Shown here: piece after piece, positions 27,767 to 37,417 of the stretch | Position numbering within the stretch: position 1 is the stretch's first letter | Layout: every line of letters begins with the position of its first letter | From: an uncultured bacterium | Lineage (GTDB): Bacteria > Acidobacteriota > Thermoanaerobaculia > Multivoradales > JAHEKO01 | Direction of reading: 5' to 3' | Assembly: GCA_905479655.1 (NCBI GenBank) | Contig: CAJQNK010000121.1 | Location: forward strand, 14,732-78,731 | DNA length: 64,000 bases | Notes under the pieces: model-generated | Told to the model about the DNA's origin: nothing | The model's input: the letters and a program-made list of their open reading frames with translations, nothing else | The model's database searches: none | Position numbers and translations under genes: made by a program

Positions 27767-30372
27767 TACTTCGACTGACTGCGGCGCCGCGGAGGCAGGG
27801 CCTCGACACCCCGGTTCAGGGCCTGGATCGCGGCCTCCTGGACCTCCGGTGACGGGTCGCCCTTGGCCATCCTCTCCAGGATGCCCCGGACCTCGTCGGT
27901 GTCGGCGAAGGGGCCGAGGGAGAGGGCGGCGAGCCGCCGCACCGAGGGAGCCGGGTCCCGGGCGGCCTCCAGGAGAGCGCCGACGGCCTCCGGGGCGATC
28001 CGCCTCCCCAGGGCTCGGACGGCGTCGGAGCGGACGGCGCTCGAGGGGTCGCGGGCCGCGGTGGCCAGGGCCTCGACGGCCAGGTCGTTGCCGCCCCGGT
28101 GGATCTCTCCGAGCACCTCGGCTGCGCTCCGGCGCGCGACCGGCTCCGCATCCGGCGTCAGGAGCACCTCGGCGACCCGCTCGGCCACCTGGGGATCGTC
28201 CGCGCTCTCGACGAGGCTGTCGACCGCTTCGGCCCGCGCGGTCGGGTCGGGGTCGCCCAGCCCCCGCAGCAGCACGGCCAGGGTCCGCTCGTCCAGGTAG
28301 GCGGCGCTCTTCTGGTAGGTGAGGCCCCGGAGGTAGTCCGACTTCTCCCGCACCTCGTCGGGGGCGGCCTCCTGGGCCAGCAGGGACGGGTCGAAGTCCC
28401 GACTCTCGAGCTGACGCCGGGCCTCGGCGCGGACGTAGGGATCCTCGTCGTCCGCGCGGGCCGAGAGGGCCTCGATCGCCGCCGGGGTACCGATCGCTCC
28501 CAGGGCCGAGACGGCCGCCCGCCGCAGTCCCACGGTCGCTCCCGCGGCAGCCTTCGCCGTCAGCTCCGGCACGGCGGAGGCGGCCCCCAGTTGGCCGAGG
28601 GCCTCGACGGTGGCCACCGCGACCTCCTCCGGAGGATCCGCCAGGAGGAGGTCGCGCAGCAGCGCTTCGGCCTCGGGGCCGCCGAGCCGCCCCAGGGAGG
28701 TGGCGGCCGCGGCGGCGACGGCCGGCCGATCGTCCCCGGTGGCGGCGGTCAGGACCTCGAGCACCACGTCGCGGGCCTCCTCGACGTAGACCCGGCCGAG
28801 GCTCAGAGCCGCGAGCTGGCGAACGTCGGGGTTGGGGTCGGTCAGGACCCGCTGGGCGAGGGCCTCGCTCGCCGCCGCCGACGGACCGAGGCGGCCCACC
28901 GCCGCCGTGGCCTCGCGTCGCACCTCTTCGTCCGGGTGCTCGAGGGAGTCCACGAACACGTCGCGGTCCTCCTGACGGCCGAGGGCGGAGAGCTCCTGGA
29001 GGGCGGCCAGGATCACGGTCGAGGTCTCGCCGTTGCGCCCGACGACGGCGCGCAGGAGCGCCGCGGTCTCCGGGTGTCCCGACACCGCGAGCGAGCGCAC
29101 CGCCGCCCAGCGGACGGACGGGTCCGGGTCCCCCAGCGCGGCGCGCAGGGCGGAGCGGTCCTCGGTTCGGGGGCTCTCGAACCGCGCGATGCGCCCCAGG
29201 GCGCGATTCCGCACGACGGCGGGGACGGTCGCCCCGGCGGCGACCTCCACGAGGGCGTCGCGGGCCGCGGTGGACTCCAGCTGTCCGAGGACCTCGATCG
29301 CCCAGGAGCGCATGCGAACCGCCTCGGGCCCCTCGAGGGCGACCCTCGGAAGGCCGGCTTCCGGGTCCAGGGCGATCTCTCGCAGCAACGCGACGAGGCC
29401 GGGATTGGCGCCCGGCTCCGCGGCGGCGAGGGCGGAGATCCGCTCCATGGTGAGCTGGGCGGACTCGAACGAGATGGCGCCGCGCCACTCGTGCCGGAGG
29501 GCGTCCGGCTCGGCCGTCGCCAGCAACCGGAACTCCGGCGCGGAGCGGGGCACCGTCAGGACGGCGAGGTCGAAGGTCCCGGGACCCTGGACCGCGGAGT
29601 GGGCGAGCGCCGTCGCCGCGGCCTCCCCGGCACCCCCGACCGCCTCGCTGCGGAGCGCCCGGGCCAGGGAGCGGGCGAAGGCGTCGCTGCCCCACAGACC
29701 GGACGCGCCGTCGGGCCTCCGCTCCCGGCGCTCCCTCTCCAGGTCGCAGACCAGGAAGGCGGTCACGGGCGCGCGTCGGCCCTCCTCCTCGAGGCGCTGC
29801 AGCATGGGATGGCGCGATACGAGGGTCCACCAGGCCTTCAGGTCGTCGCCGGCCTTCGACCGCACGCCGTACGGCAGCCGCTGACCGCAGGCCGGCAGGG
29901 TCAGGAGCACCTCCACCGCCGGGATCTCGCCCAGCCAGCTCCCGATCTCCTCGTCGGAGAGCAGGGTCCAGGGGCTCTCGCGGTCGCCGTCGGCCGGGAC
30001 GAAGCGGAGTCCGCGCCCGGTCTCCACCGGCAGGTTGAGATAGAGAACCAACTGGTCACCCGGGCTCGCCTGTCTCAGGAGCTCCCCGAGCGAGCGCGTC
30101 AACGCGCCGCGCGTCGCCTGTCTCGGCCCGAGGTAGGTGACATCGAAGCCGTAGGCGTCCTCGAGGGTCGCGGCCAGGCTCGCACCGCCGTCGCCGGCGC
30201 CGTCCGCGACCAGGGCCAGGTGCGCTCCGGGGGTCTGGGCCGACGGTTCCGAAGCCCTGGCCGTGTCCCGTGGGAGGAGCGCGAGGGCCGCCGGGAGGGC
30301 CAACGCCAGGATCAGCGCTCGGCGGAGGCGGCCGGCGCGACGGTGGGGCGTCACGATGCCGTGGGCTCTCAT
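27763..30372 (-). CDS. Secreted HEAT-repeat (PBS-lyase type) protein with an N-terminal caspase-like domain lacking the catalytic His (pseudocaspase)
   Basis: Signal peptide (ALILALALPAALALL). Caspase-like fold positions 'QLVLYLNLPVETGRG' (His replaced) and 'VLLTLPACGQR' (Cys kept). More than 10 HEAT repeats of the type 'DPDPSVRWAAVRSLAVSG' / 'DPNPDVRQLAALSLG'. Confidence 0.7.
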   Translation of the reverse strand: MRAHGIVTPHRRAGRLRRALILALALPAALALLPRDTARASEPSAQTPGAHLALVADGAGDGGASLAATLEDAYGFDVTYLGPRQATRGALTRSLGELLRQASPGDQLVLYLNLPVETGRGLRFVPADGDRESPWTLLSDEEIGSWLGEIPAVEVLLTLPACGQRLPYGVRSKAGDDLKAWWTLVSRHPMLQRLEEEGRRAPVTAFLVCDLERERRERRPDGASGLWGSDAFARSLARALRSEAVGGAGEAAATALAHSAVQGPGTFDLAVLTVPRSAPEFRLLATAEPDALRHEWRGAISFESAQLTMERISALAAAEPGANPGLVALLREIALDPEAGLPRVALEGPEAVRMRSWAIEVLGQLESTAARDALVEVAAGATVPAVVRNRALGRIARFESPRTEDRSALRAALGDPDPSVRWAAVRSLAVSGHPETAALLRAVVGRNGETSTVILAALQELSALGRQEDRDVFVDSLEHPDEEVRREATAAVGRLGPSAAASEALAQRVLTDPNPDVRQLAALSLGRVYVEEARDVVLEVLTAATGDDRPAVAAAAATSLGRLGGPEAEALLRDLLLADPPEEVAVATVEALGQLGAASAVPELTAKAAAGATVGLRRAAVSALGAIGTPAAIEALSARADDEDPYVRAEARRQLESRDFDPSLLAQEAAPDEVREKSDYLRGLTYQKSAAYLDERTLAVLLRGLGDPDPTARAEAVDSLVESADDPQVAERVAEVLLTPDAEPVARRSAAEVLGEIHRGGNDLAVEALATAARDPSSAVRSDAVRALGRRIAPEAVGALLEAARDPAPSVRRLAALSLGPFADTDEVRGILERMAKGDPSPEVQEAAIQALNRGVEALPPRRRSQSKY

Positions 30373-31559
30373 GGGCAGATCTCCCCCCAGTTGGCCGCCG
30401 TCGTCTCGGGTCGCAGGAGACACAGTTTCGAGACCAGGATCTCGGCCTTGACCTCGCCCGGCAGGCTCGCTCCCAGCTCGAAGAGTGTCTGGAGCTCCTC
30501 GACGATCTGCCGGTCGGTGGCCGACGGCTCGGCTCCCAGGGCCGACGCCTGCTCCCAGTCGTGGAGGGCGACGAAGCAGGCGTTGCGGACCTTCGGGTCG
30601 AGACCGGCCTGGAACTCCAGCTCGAGCAGCAGGCTCCGCAGCTCGGCCAGCGCCGGCCCCTGCACGTCCAGCAGGCCCAGGGAGAGGAGGTTGGTGCCCC
30701 GGACGATCTCGATCGGCGACTGGACGATCTGCCGGTCGGCGGTGAGCTGCGCGAGGAGGATCTTGGTCTTGCCGATGATCTCGCTCACCGACAGCTTGCC
30801 GTCGCCGTTCGCGTCGGCTGCGGGGTCGCGGAGCGTCTGGAGCAGGCTGTAGGTGAAGATGCCGTGACCCAGCTCCGGAAACTCGTAGGCCTCGGCCCGC
30901 GCGGCGCCGAGAACCACGAGGCCCGAACCGATCTGCTCCTCCACCGTCCGTTCGAAGCTCGCCTCGGGGAAGGCGTGGCGGGTGAGCCGCACGTCGCCCT
31001 CTCCGGCGCGGCTCGTGCCCGTGCCCGAGACCACGCTCTCGACGTCCCCGCTGTGGCAGTGGTCGAGGATCAGGACCTTGCGGTCCGCCGGGATGTCGCG
31101 CAGGTACTCCATCAGGTGGCTCAGGCGGATGCCGTCCACCGCGAGCTCGGCGATCGACGCGGTATGAGTGAGCCAGTAGGTGTGCTCGCCGGCGGTCAGG
31201 TCCTGCACCCCGTGGCCGGCGAAGTAGATCAGCACGGTGTCCTGTTGCCGGGCCCTTCTCGCCATTCGCACCAGCTCGCGGACGATGCGCCTGCGGGTCG
31301 CCTCGTCGTCGATCGCCGTCGCCACCTCCCAGCCCTGGTCCTCGAGGAGCTCCGCCATCTGCCGCGCGTCCGGTACCGCGAAGTCGAGCTCCGGCACGCC
31401 CTCGAGCTCCGCGAGGTAGGTGTTGATGCCGATGACCAGCGCGTAGCGCACCGGCGTCAGGTCCTCGGGTTGGGCCCGGACCCCGCTCGTGACGCCGCCG
31501 CCGACCAGGGCGATCGCGACGCCCCAGCGGGCGAGAGCGGAGAGGCGCCCTCGGCTCAC
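30369..31559 (-). CDS. Secreted caspase-domain (peptidase C14, orthocaspase-like) protein; GTG start at 31559
   Basis: Signal peptide (LSALARWGVAIALVGGGVTSGVRAQ). Catalytic dyad motifs 'VLIYFAGHGVQ' and 'VLILDHCHSGD'. 4-bp overlaps with both neighbouring genes. Confidence 0.8.
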   Translation of the reverse strand: MSRGRLSALARWGVAIALVGGGVTSGVRAQPEDLTPVRYALVIGINTYLAELEGVPELDFAVPDARQMAELLEDQGWEVATAIDDEATRRRIVRELVRMARRARQQDTVLIYFAGHGVQDLTAGEHTYWLTHTASIAELAVDGIRLSHLMEYLRDIPADRKVLILDHCHSGDVESVVSGTGTSRAGEGDVRLTRHAFPEASFERTVEEQIGSGLVVLGAARAEAYEFPELGHGIFTYSLLQTLRDPAADANGDGKLSVSEIIGKTKILLAQLTADRQIVQSPIEIVRGTNLLSLGLLDVQGPALAELRSLLLELEFQAGLDPKVRNACFVALHDWEQASALGAEPSATDRQIVEELQTLFELGASLPGEVKAEILVSKLCLLRPETTAANWGEICP

Positions 31560-34500
31560 GGGAGGGACGCCCGGAGGTCGGAGGAGAGGTCGCGCGAGCG
31601 GAGCCGTTCGCGGATCTCCTCCCAGGAGTCCGCGCTCCGGTTCAGCCCCGCGACGACGGCGTCGAAGGTGGCGGCCAGGAGCTCGTCGGTGGCGTAATGG
31701 TAGGCCACCTCCGCCTCGTAGACCGCCACCTCCTCGAGGTCGGTGCCTTCGTCGAGTCCGAAGAGGAGTCGGTAGTCGGCCTCCGCCGCGTCGCCGGCGG
31801 GACCCGGAGGGTAGAGCGAGCGCCACAGGGGCAGATCCACGATCGACTCGGCGTCGCGGGCGGCGCCGCGCGAGACGGCGACCGCGGGCAGTGGCGCCTC
31901 CAGGAGCCGCGCGGCGTCCAGGATGCCCGCGCCGTAGCGCTCCTCGTCCCAGGTCGCGTCGTCGCCGCAGTCCGCGCTCGCGGGGACTTTGTCCCCCCCC
32001 GGCTGCCAGGCCGTCTCGCGGGCCAGGAGCCGGAACGCGCGGGTCAGCTCGCCGGCGTCGCGCAGGACCTCGAAGTCCGGGTCGCCCCGGTGGCGGGCGA
32101 ACCAGAGGGCGGCGACGCCCGCCGTGGAGGAGGTCGCGTAGGTGGTCCCCGTTCCCATCCCCGTGACCCAGTCGTCCCCGTCGATAGTCGCTCGCCAGAC
32201 CGACTCGCCGGTGGCGGCGAAGTCCACCGCCGAGCCCCGGGAGCTATGGGCCCACGGCCGGCAGCCCACGTTGACCGCGGCCACGGCGATCACCGAGTCG
32301 AAGCGCGCCGGCCAGACGACGGTGCGCACGTAGTTGCCGGCGGCCGCGATGATCAGGTAGCCGCGCCGCTCGGCCGTCCGGACGGCCTTCCACAGCCGCC
32401 AGCTCGGCACCCCGCCCATGGCGATCGAGGCCAGGTCGGTGGCGACGCCGACCCGGGAGCGGTCGTCGCCCGCGAGGTCGAGGATGGCCTGGCTCATCCG
32501 CTCGGTGCTGAAGTTGATCACCGAGCTGTTGACCCGCAAGGGCACCAGCCGGGCGCCCCGCGCGACACCGGTGGGGCACTGCCTCTCGCCGTCCTCGTCA
32601 TCGAGCTGACAGCCGCTGGGCGAGACGATGGCGCTGCCGCTCCCGGTACCGTGGGCCGGGTTGTCCAGCGGCCGGTGCTTCACCCGCTCGTCCAGGGGGT
32701 CCTTGCGGTCGCGGGAGTAGTCCCAGCCGACCTCGACCCAGAGGGGGTCGTCGCCCGCGGGGTCGAGCAGCTCGGGGTGCGGCAGGTAGCCGGTGTCGGG
32801 GTGGGCGACGACCACACCCGCGGCCTCGGCGCCCTCCACGGCGCCGTGGGCGCGCAGAGCGGCCCAGGCCTCGGGCACCCGCAGGGTGCGGTGGCTCCAG
32901 AGGACGTCCGCGGCCGCCCGCTCGTCGTCGCCGGCGCCACCCGATCCGCGGGAGCCGGCGGCGTTCGGGTCGGGCGCGCTCTGCGAGCGGGGAATCGCGG
33001 CCTCCAGGACCGGCTCGGCGCGCCGGGCGCCCCACCTCTCCCGCTCGCGGTAGGCCTCCTGGAAGGCGCGTCCGACCGAGATCTCGCCGGCGTTCCCGGA
33101 CCGTTCGGCCGCGGTGCTCAGGACGACGACGGTGGAGTCGCCCGTGCCGGATGCCGCCGCGTCTCGGGCGCCACCGGCCGAGCGCACGCTCTCGGCGGCC
33201 GCCCGGGCCGCCGCCGGGTCGTCGAAGTGGAGGGCCACCCCCTCGCTGGCGACCTCGGACCGGTCGACGCGCACGGCCCGATGGACGACGGCCCAGTCGT
33301 CGACGACGACCGGCGCGCCGTGGCGGGTGAGGCCCTGGGCGGAGAGCCGCAGGAAGCGACCGAGCGCGTCCTCGTCGCCCCGGGTCTCCGGCACCGCCCC
33401 CCGTGCCGCCGGAGGGAGCGCGAAGAAGCCCGGGTCGAGCTCCCGGGTCGCGGCGATCATCTTGTACCGGTCGGTCGAGCTCGCCAGCTCGGGCGGCAGG
33501 AACGTCCTCACGAACACGGTGTCGCTACGGCCGGGCGCGATGGCCTCCCGGACCTGGCCCTGGGGGTAGACGAGCTGGTCGCCGCCGTCGGACCAGAGTC
33601 CCACCACCACCGCCCAGACCTCCCGGTCGGAGCGGTTGGTCAACGTGAGCTGGAGCCGGGTCCCGGGGGTCACGCTCTCCGGCACGGGCTCGCCGTCGGG
33701 ATCGTCGGCGAGGGAGATCTCCAGGTCGACGTCCAGGGCCGAGGCGGGGTTGCCGAGATTGAGCAACGCGTGCCAGCGACCCCAACGGGCGAGCTGCGCC
33801 TCCAGCTGTTCCAGAGCGTCGGGGTGCGCCGCGGGGACGTCCCCGAGGATGTCGAGGTCACGTCCCTCGAGGAGGTAGCGGTCGCCTTCGCGGCGTACCC
33901 GGATCTGCGCATCGACCCGCTCCGCCACCCGCTCCATCGACTCGAAGCCGTCCACGACGGCCTTCAGCGGCTCCAGGCCCGGGTCGTCGCCGACGTGGAC
34001 CGTGACCCGGTCGACCCTCGGGACGATCTCGTCGAGGACGGCCCGGGTGTGGGGTCCGACCGTGCCCTCGAGCACCTCGACCTCGGACTCGAAGGCCGCC
34101 GCCGAGACGACGCGCACGGTGGCGACCGCCGGCACGGAGCCGTCGAACTCGCGGGTGCCCTGCGGAAAGACCCGCAGCTCGGAGCCCGGCGCCACGCCGT
34201 AGGCCCGTCCCGCCGACAGGGTGGCCCGCTCCGTGCCGTCGCCCACCGGCTGGACCGGCACGAAGGCCCGGGGCCGTGCCACCTCCACGCCGAACAGCTC
34301 CTGGTCGATCCCGGTGCCTTCGATCTGGGGCGTCTGCGAGGGGAAGCGCTGGGAGACGTCGGAGCGCACCGGCTCCATGACGTCACGGTAGGTCGCGCCC
34401 GGCGACGCCTTCTGCAGCGCCCGGGCCAGGAACCAGGTCATGGCGCCGTGGCGGCGATCGTCGAACCGCGTCTCGTTCGAGAGCTGGTTGGCGCGACACC

Positions 34501-35179
34501 CCGAGATCAGGACGTAGCCGGCGCCCAGCGCGCGGAAGTCGTCCGGCCCCTCCACCGCGCGGCCCGCCCCGGGGTCCGGCGGCGGTGGCGGGCGCAGGTC
34601 CGGCGGTACCTGGCGCGGCACGGTGCCCGCCTCGGCCGCCCGCGCGGCGCTGCCGGAGTGACAGGAGTCGAGGATGAAGGTCACGTGGGGCGTCTTGGCG
34701 GCCAGCTCGGCCATGAGCCGGTTGATCTCGTCGTCGCGCAGGTCGCGCACGTCGCCTACCCGGGAGTCGTGGGGGACCAGGCTCTCGTCCCAGCCGTCGG
34801 GCTCGTCGCCCGAGTCGTCGAGCATCTGGGAGCCGTGCCCGCTGTAGTGGAGGACGACGACGTCGCCCGCCTCGGTCGGCTCGATGAGGCTCGTGCGGAT
34901 CGCGTCGAGGATGCCCTGCCGGGTCGCCTCGGCGTCGCGCAGGACGCGGACGTTCTCCGGTGGGAAGTCGAAGTCCCCCACCAGGACCGTCCGCATGAGC
35001 TCGACGTCGTTACCGCAGCCGCGCAGGTCCGAGAGTCCGGGCGCGAGGTAGTCGTCGATGCCGATCAGCAAGGCCCGGCGGGCGGCGCCCGCCGCCGGGG
35101 CCAGAGCGAGGAACAGGAGGAGGGTGGTGGCCGCTGCCAGCGCGGTCGGCAGGACGGCGGGTCGGGCTCCCTGGGTCAT
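31556..35179 (-). CDS. Secreted caspase (C14) - subtilisin-like (S8) protease fusion protein
   Basis: Signal peptide. N-terminal caspase motifs 'VVLHYSGHGSQ' and 'FILDSCHSGS'. C-terminal S8 motifs 'HGTGSGSAIVS' (His box) and 'GTGTTYATSSTAGVAAL' (Ser box). Confidence 0.8.
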   Translation of the reverse strand: MTQGARPAVLPTALAAATTLLLFLALAPAAGAARRALLIGIDDYLAPGLSDLRGCGNDVELMRTVLVGDFDFPPENVRVLRDAEATRQGILDAIRTSLIEPTEAGDVVVLHYSGHGSQMLDDSGDEPDGWDESLVPHDSRVGDVRDLRDDEINRLMAELAAKTPHVTFILDSCHSGSAARAAEAGTVPRQVPPDLRPPPPPDPGAGRAVEGPDDFRALGAGYVLISGCRANQLSNETRFDDRRHGAMTWFLARALQKASPGATYRDVMEPVRSDVSQRFPSQTPQIEGTGIDQELFGVEVARPRAFVPVQPVGDGTERATLSAGRAYGVAPGSELRVFPQGTREFDGSVPAVATVRVVSAAAFESEVEVLEGTVGPHTRAVLDEIVPRVDRVTVHVGDDPGLEPLKAVVDGFESMERVAERVDAQIRVRREGDRYLLEGRDLDILGDVPAAHPDALEQLEAQLARWGRWHALLNLGNPASALDVDLEISLADDPDGEPVPESVTPGTRLQLTLTNRSDREVWAVVVGLWSDGGDQLVYPQGQVREAIAPGRSDTVFVRTFLPPELASSTDRYKMIAATRELDPGFFALPPAARGAVPETRGDEDALGRFLRLSAQGLTRHGAPVVVDDWAVVHRAVRVDRSEVASEGVALHFDDPAAARAAAESVRSAGGARDAAASGTGDSTVVVLSTAAERSGNAGEISVGRAFQEAYRERERWGARRAEPVLEAAIPRSQSAPDPNAAGSRGSGGAGDDERAAADVLWSHRTLRVPEAWAALRAHGAVEGAEAAGVVVAHPDTGYLPHPELLDPAGDDPLWVEVGWDYSRDRKDPLDERVKHRPLDNPAHGTGSGSAIVSPSGCQLDDEDGERQCPTGVARGARLVPLRVNSSVINFSTERMSQAILDLAGDDRSRVGVATDLASIAMGGVPSWRLWKAVRTAERRGYLIIAAAGNYVRTVVWPARFDSVIAVAAVNVGCRPWAHSSRGSAVDFAATGESVWRATIDGDDWVTGMGTGTTYATSSTAGVAALWFARHRGDPDFEVLRDAGELTRAFRLLARETAWQPGGDKVPASADCGDDATWDEERYGAGILDAARLLEAPLPAVAVSRGAARDAESIVDLPLWRSLYPPGPAGDAAEADYRLLFGLDEGTDLEEVAVYEAEVAYHYATDELLAATFDAVVAGLNRSADSWEEIRERLRSRDLSSDLRASLP

Positions 35180-35402
35180 CGGCCTCCTCCCTTCGCCCCG
35201 GGGGCCAGGAAACGGAGACGGCCGGCGTCCCCCGAGCTCCGGCCGGAGCTCCGTCGGTTACGCCGGGCCGCTCGGTACGCGGGCACCTCGGCTCATGGAC
35301 AGGCGGACGGAACCGGCCAATCGTTTCAAACCGTCTTCGTCGATCCTACCGCTCGCCGCCCCATGGCCACAAGCGACGCCGTACGGTACGGACGGGTTCG
35401 GC

Positions 35403-37178
35403 TCAGACGGTGATCGTCTCGCCCGAGAACGTCGTGAGCGAGAAGCCGGCGAAGCTCTCCTGGTAGATCGCTCTCTCCTCGCGCAGGAGGCGCAGCGCGA
35501 TGGCCTCTCCGAGGAGGTTCCCCTCCCGGTCGTCGGAGCGCCAGTGGATCCCCGACATGTCCCGGCCCCACGTGAGGTTGTAGGCCAGCTTGTTGAGCTC
35601 GCCGCCGAGTGTCAGCTCCGGTCCGTCGACCCCCGTGATGTAGTCGACCAGCGCGGAGCCGTCGGGCGTCGGCTTCTTGGGCGACGGGAACGGCAACGAC
35701 TCGTCGAACCACGCCTTGAGCACCGTGACGCAGGCGCCCGCGGTGACGGCGTGGCCGGCCGGGAACGACGGATGGGTGGGGCAGCCGACCGGGAAGAGCT
35801 GGGGCAACATCCAGGAGCCGTTGTTGATGCTCAGGCGGGCGTTGTTGATGAGCAGGTTGCGGTCGAAAATGGAACCGAGCGTGATCGTGGCGTTCAACAG
35901 GTCCGAGTGGATCGGATGGCTGACCATGCCGGCGAGCGTCGCGTGCACCCGCGCGGCGTACTCCTCCGGGCGGAGGAACCGGTGGACGAACCACTTCTCG
36001 TACCAGCAGGAGCGCTCGGCCTTGTGGGCCTTGCCCAGAAGCTCGGCCAGGTGGGCGGCGCCGAAAGTCCCGAATCCGAGTTGCCGGCCGGAGTTCTGGT
36101 AGGGGTTGGCCTGATCGTAGCCGGACGCTCCGACCAACTGGTTGAGAATCAGGAAGGCCTTGAAGTAGGCCGAGAAGACCATGTCGCGTCCCGCGACGAA
36201 GCCGAGGGCTCGGGGGTCCGTGACGTAGCGGGACTTCGCCCGGCCCGGCGGCGGAGCCGGAGTGCCCCCCGGGAACCCCCGCTGGGACTCGAGCCACTCG
36301 TCGAAGGTGGTCAGGAAGTCGAACTCCCGCTTGCCCACGGTGACGCGCTGGCCGACCGGCGCCCCGTCGTAGCTGAACCCCTGGAGCAGGAACTGGGAGA
36401 CGAGATAGCCGTCCTGTACGCCCGGGTACTCGACGCGGAAGAGGTCGTTGGCGCGGATCTCGCCGGTCACCGGGTCCCGCGGGCCCCGGTAGCCGGAGAA
36501 CGTGGCCAGCTGCTCGCGGGCCTTGACGGCATCGGGGTGGGCCTCGAAGTCCTGGAAGTTGATGTCGCGCAGGATGGCCATCCAGTAGAGCTCGGCCATC
36601 TCGGCCGCGAGCTCGGCCGAGGCGAAGGCGGGCGGCGGGTTGGCGACGCCGATCGCCGGTGAGTCGGGTCCGTCGATGGAGTAGGCCAGGCCGCCGACGG
36701 GGTTCGCCAGACGCGACCCGCCGCCGGCCGGGACGGTCTCGAAGGCCTCGAACGTCCCGGCGGTGACGGCGGCCAGCAGAGCGTCGTAGGCCGCGGGGTC
36801 GACCTGTCCGAGGTCGTCGTGGGGCAGCGTCTTCGAGAAGTTGCCGATCCGGTTGGAGTAGAGCTCCTCGTCGCCGTTGGTCGCGTGCAGGGGCTCGGGC
36901 AGCGCGAGCTCGGCGTCGGCCGCCGCCACGCGGATGGCGTGGGCCTCGAGCTTACGGTCCTGGAGGTTCGCTCCGTGCGGCGGCGCGGGGGCGGTCGACC
37001 TCGGCGCCGCGGCTGCCGGCAGTCGGCCCGCGATCGCCCCGAGAGAGGCGGCGCCGAGCCCGCCGAGAAGACCCCGGCGGCTCAGTTCCGAGTGCTTGTG
37101 GGCCTCGCGACGAGGGTCGATCGACTTCGCATCGTCAGGGTGCGCCAAAGAACGGATGGGCAGATTCGAGTCCTTCAT
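35403..37178 (-). CDS. Tat-secreted vanadium-dependent haloperoxidase-like protein (PAP2 superfamily)
   Basis: Tat motif 'SRRGLLGGLGAASLGAIAG'. 'KWFVHRFLRPEE', 'CPTHPSFPAGHAVTAG', 'RDMSGIHWRSDD' (R-x5-H-x3-D). Confidence 0.8.
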   Translation of the reverse strand: MKDSNLPIRSLAHPDDAKSIDPRREAHKHSELSRRGLLGGLGAASLGAIAGRLPAAAAPRSTAPAPPHGANLQDRKLEAHAIRVAAADAELALPEPLHATNGDEELYSNRIGNFSKTLPHDDLGQVDPAAYDALLAAVTAGTFEAFETVPAGGGSRLANPVGGLAYSIDGPDSPAIGVANPPPAFASAELAAEMAELYWMAILRDINFQDFEAHPDAVKAREQLATFSGYRGPRDPVTGEIRANDLFRVEYPGVQDGYLVSQFLLQGFSYDGAPVGQRVTVGKREFDFLTTFDEWLESQRGFPGGTPAPPPGRAKSRYVTDPRALGFVAGRDMVFSAYFKAFLILNQLVGASGYDQANPYQNSGRQLGFGTFGAAHLAELLGKAHKAERSCWYEKWFVHRFLRPEEYAARVHATLAGMVSHPIHSDLLNATITLGSIFDRNLLINNARLSINNGSWMLPQLFPVGCPTHPSFPAGHAVTAGACVTVLKAWFDESLPFPSPKKPTPDGSALVDYITGVDGPELTLGGELNKLAYNLTWGRDMSGIHWRSDDREGNLLGEAIALRLLREERAIYQESFAGFSLTTFSGETITV

Positions 37179-37417
37179 GGAAGCCTACCTCCAGGTAGGG
37201 GGGATGGAGCGCCACAGGCCACCGCGCTCCGAGCACGAGAAAGGAATCAAGAAATACGTAGAAAATGATATCAGAAAGGAGAGCGTTCGGGGTCCCCTCG
37301 TTGCGGGCGACCGCCGGAGCAGTTCGGTTCCTGTCCGATGCCGCGGAATCCGGAGGCGGAGGGGCAAGGAGATCGAGCGGCGGAGCGTAGGCCCGGCGCC
37401 GGAACGGCGGTGGGTCT

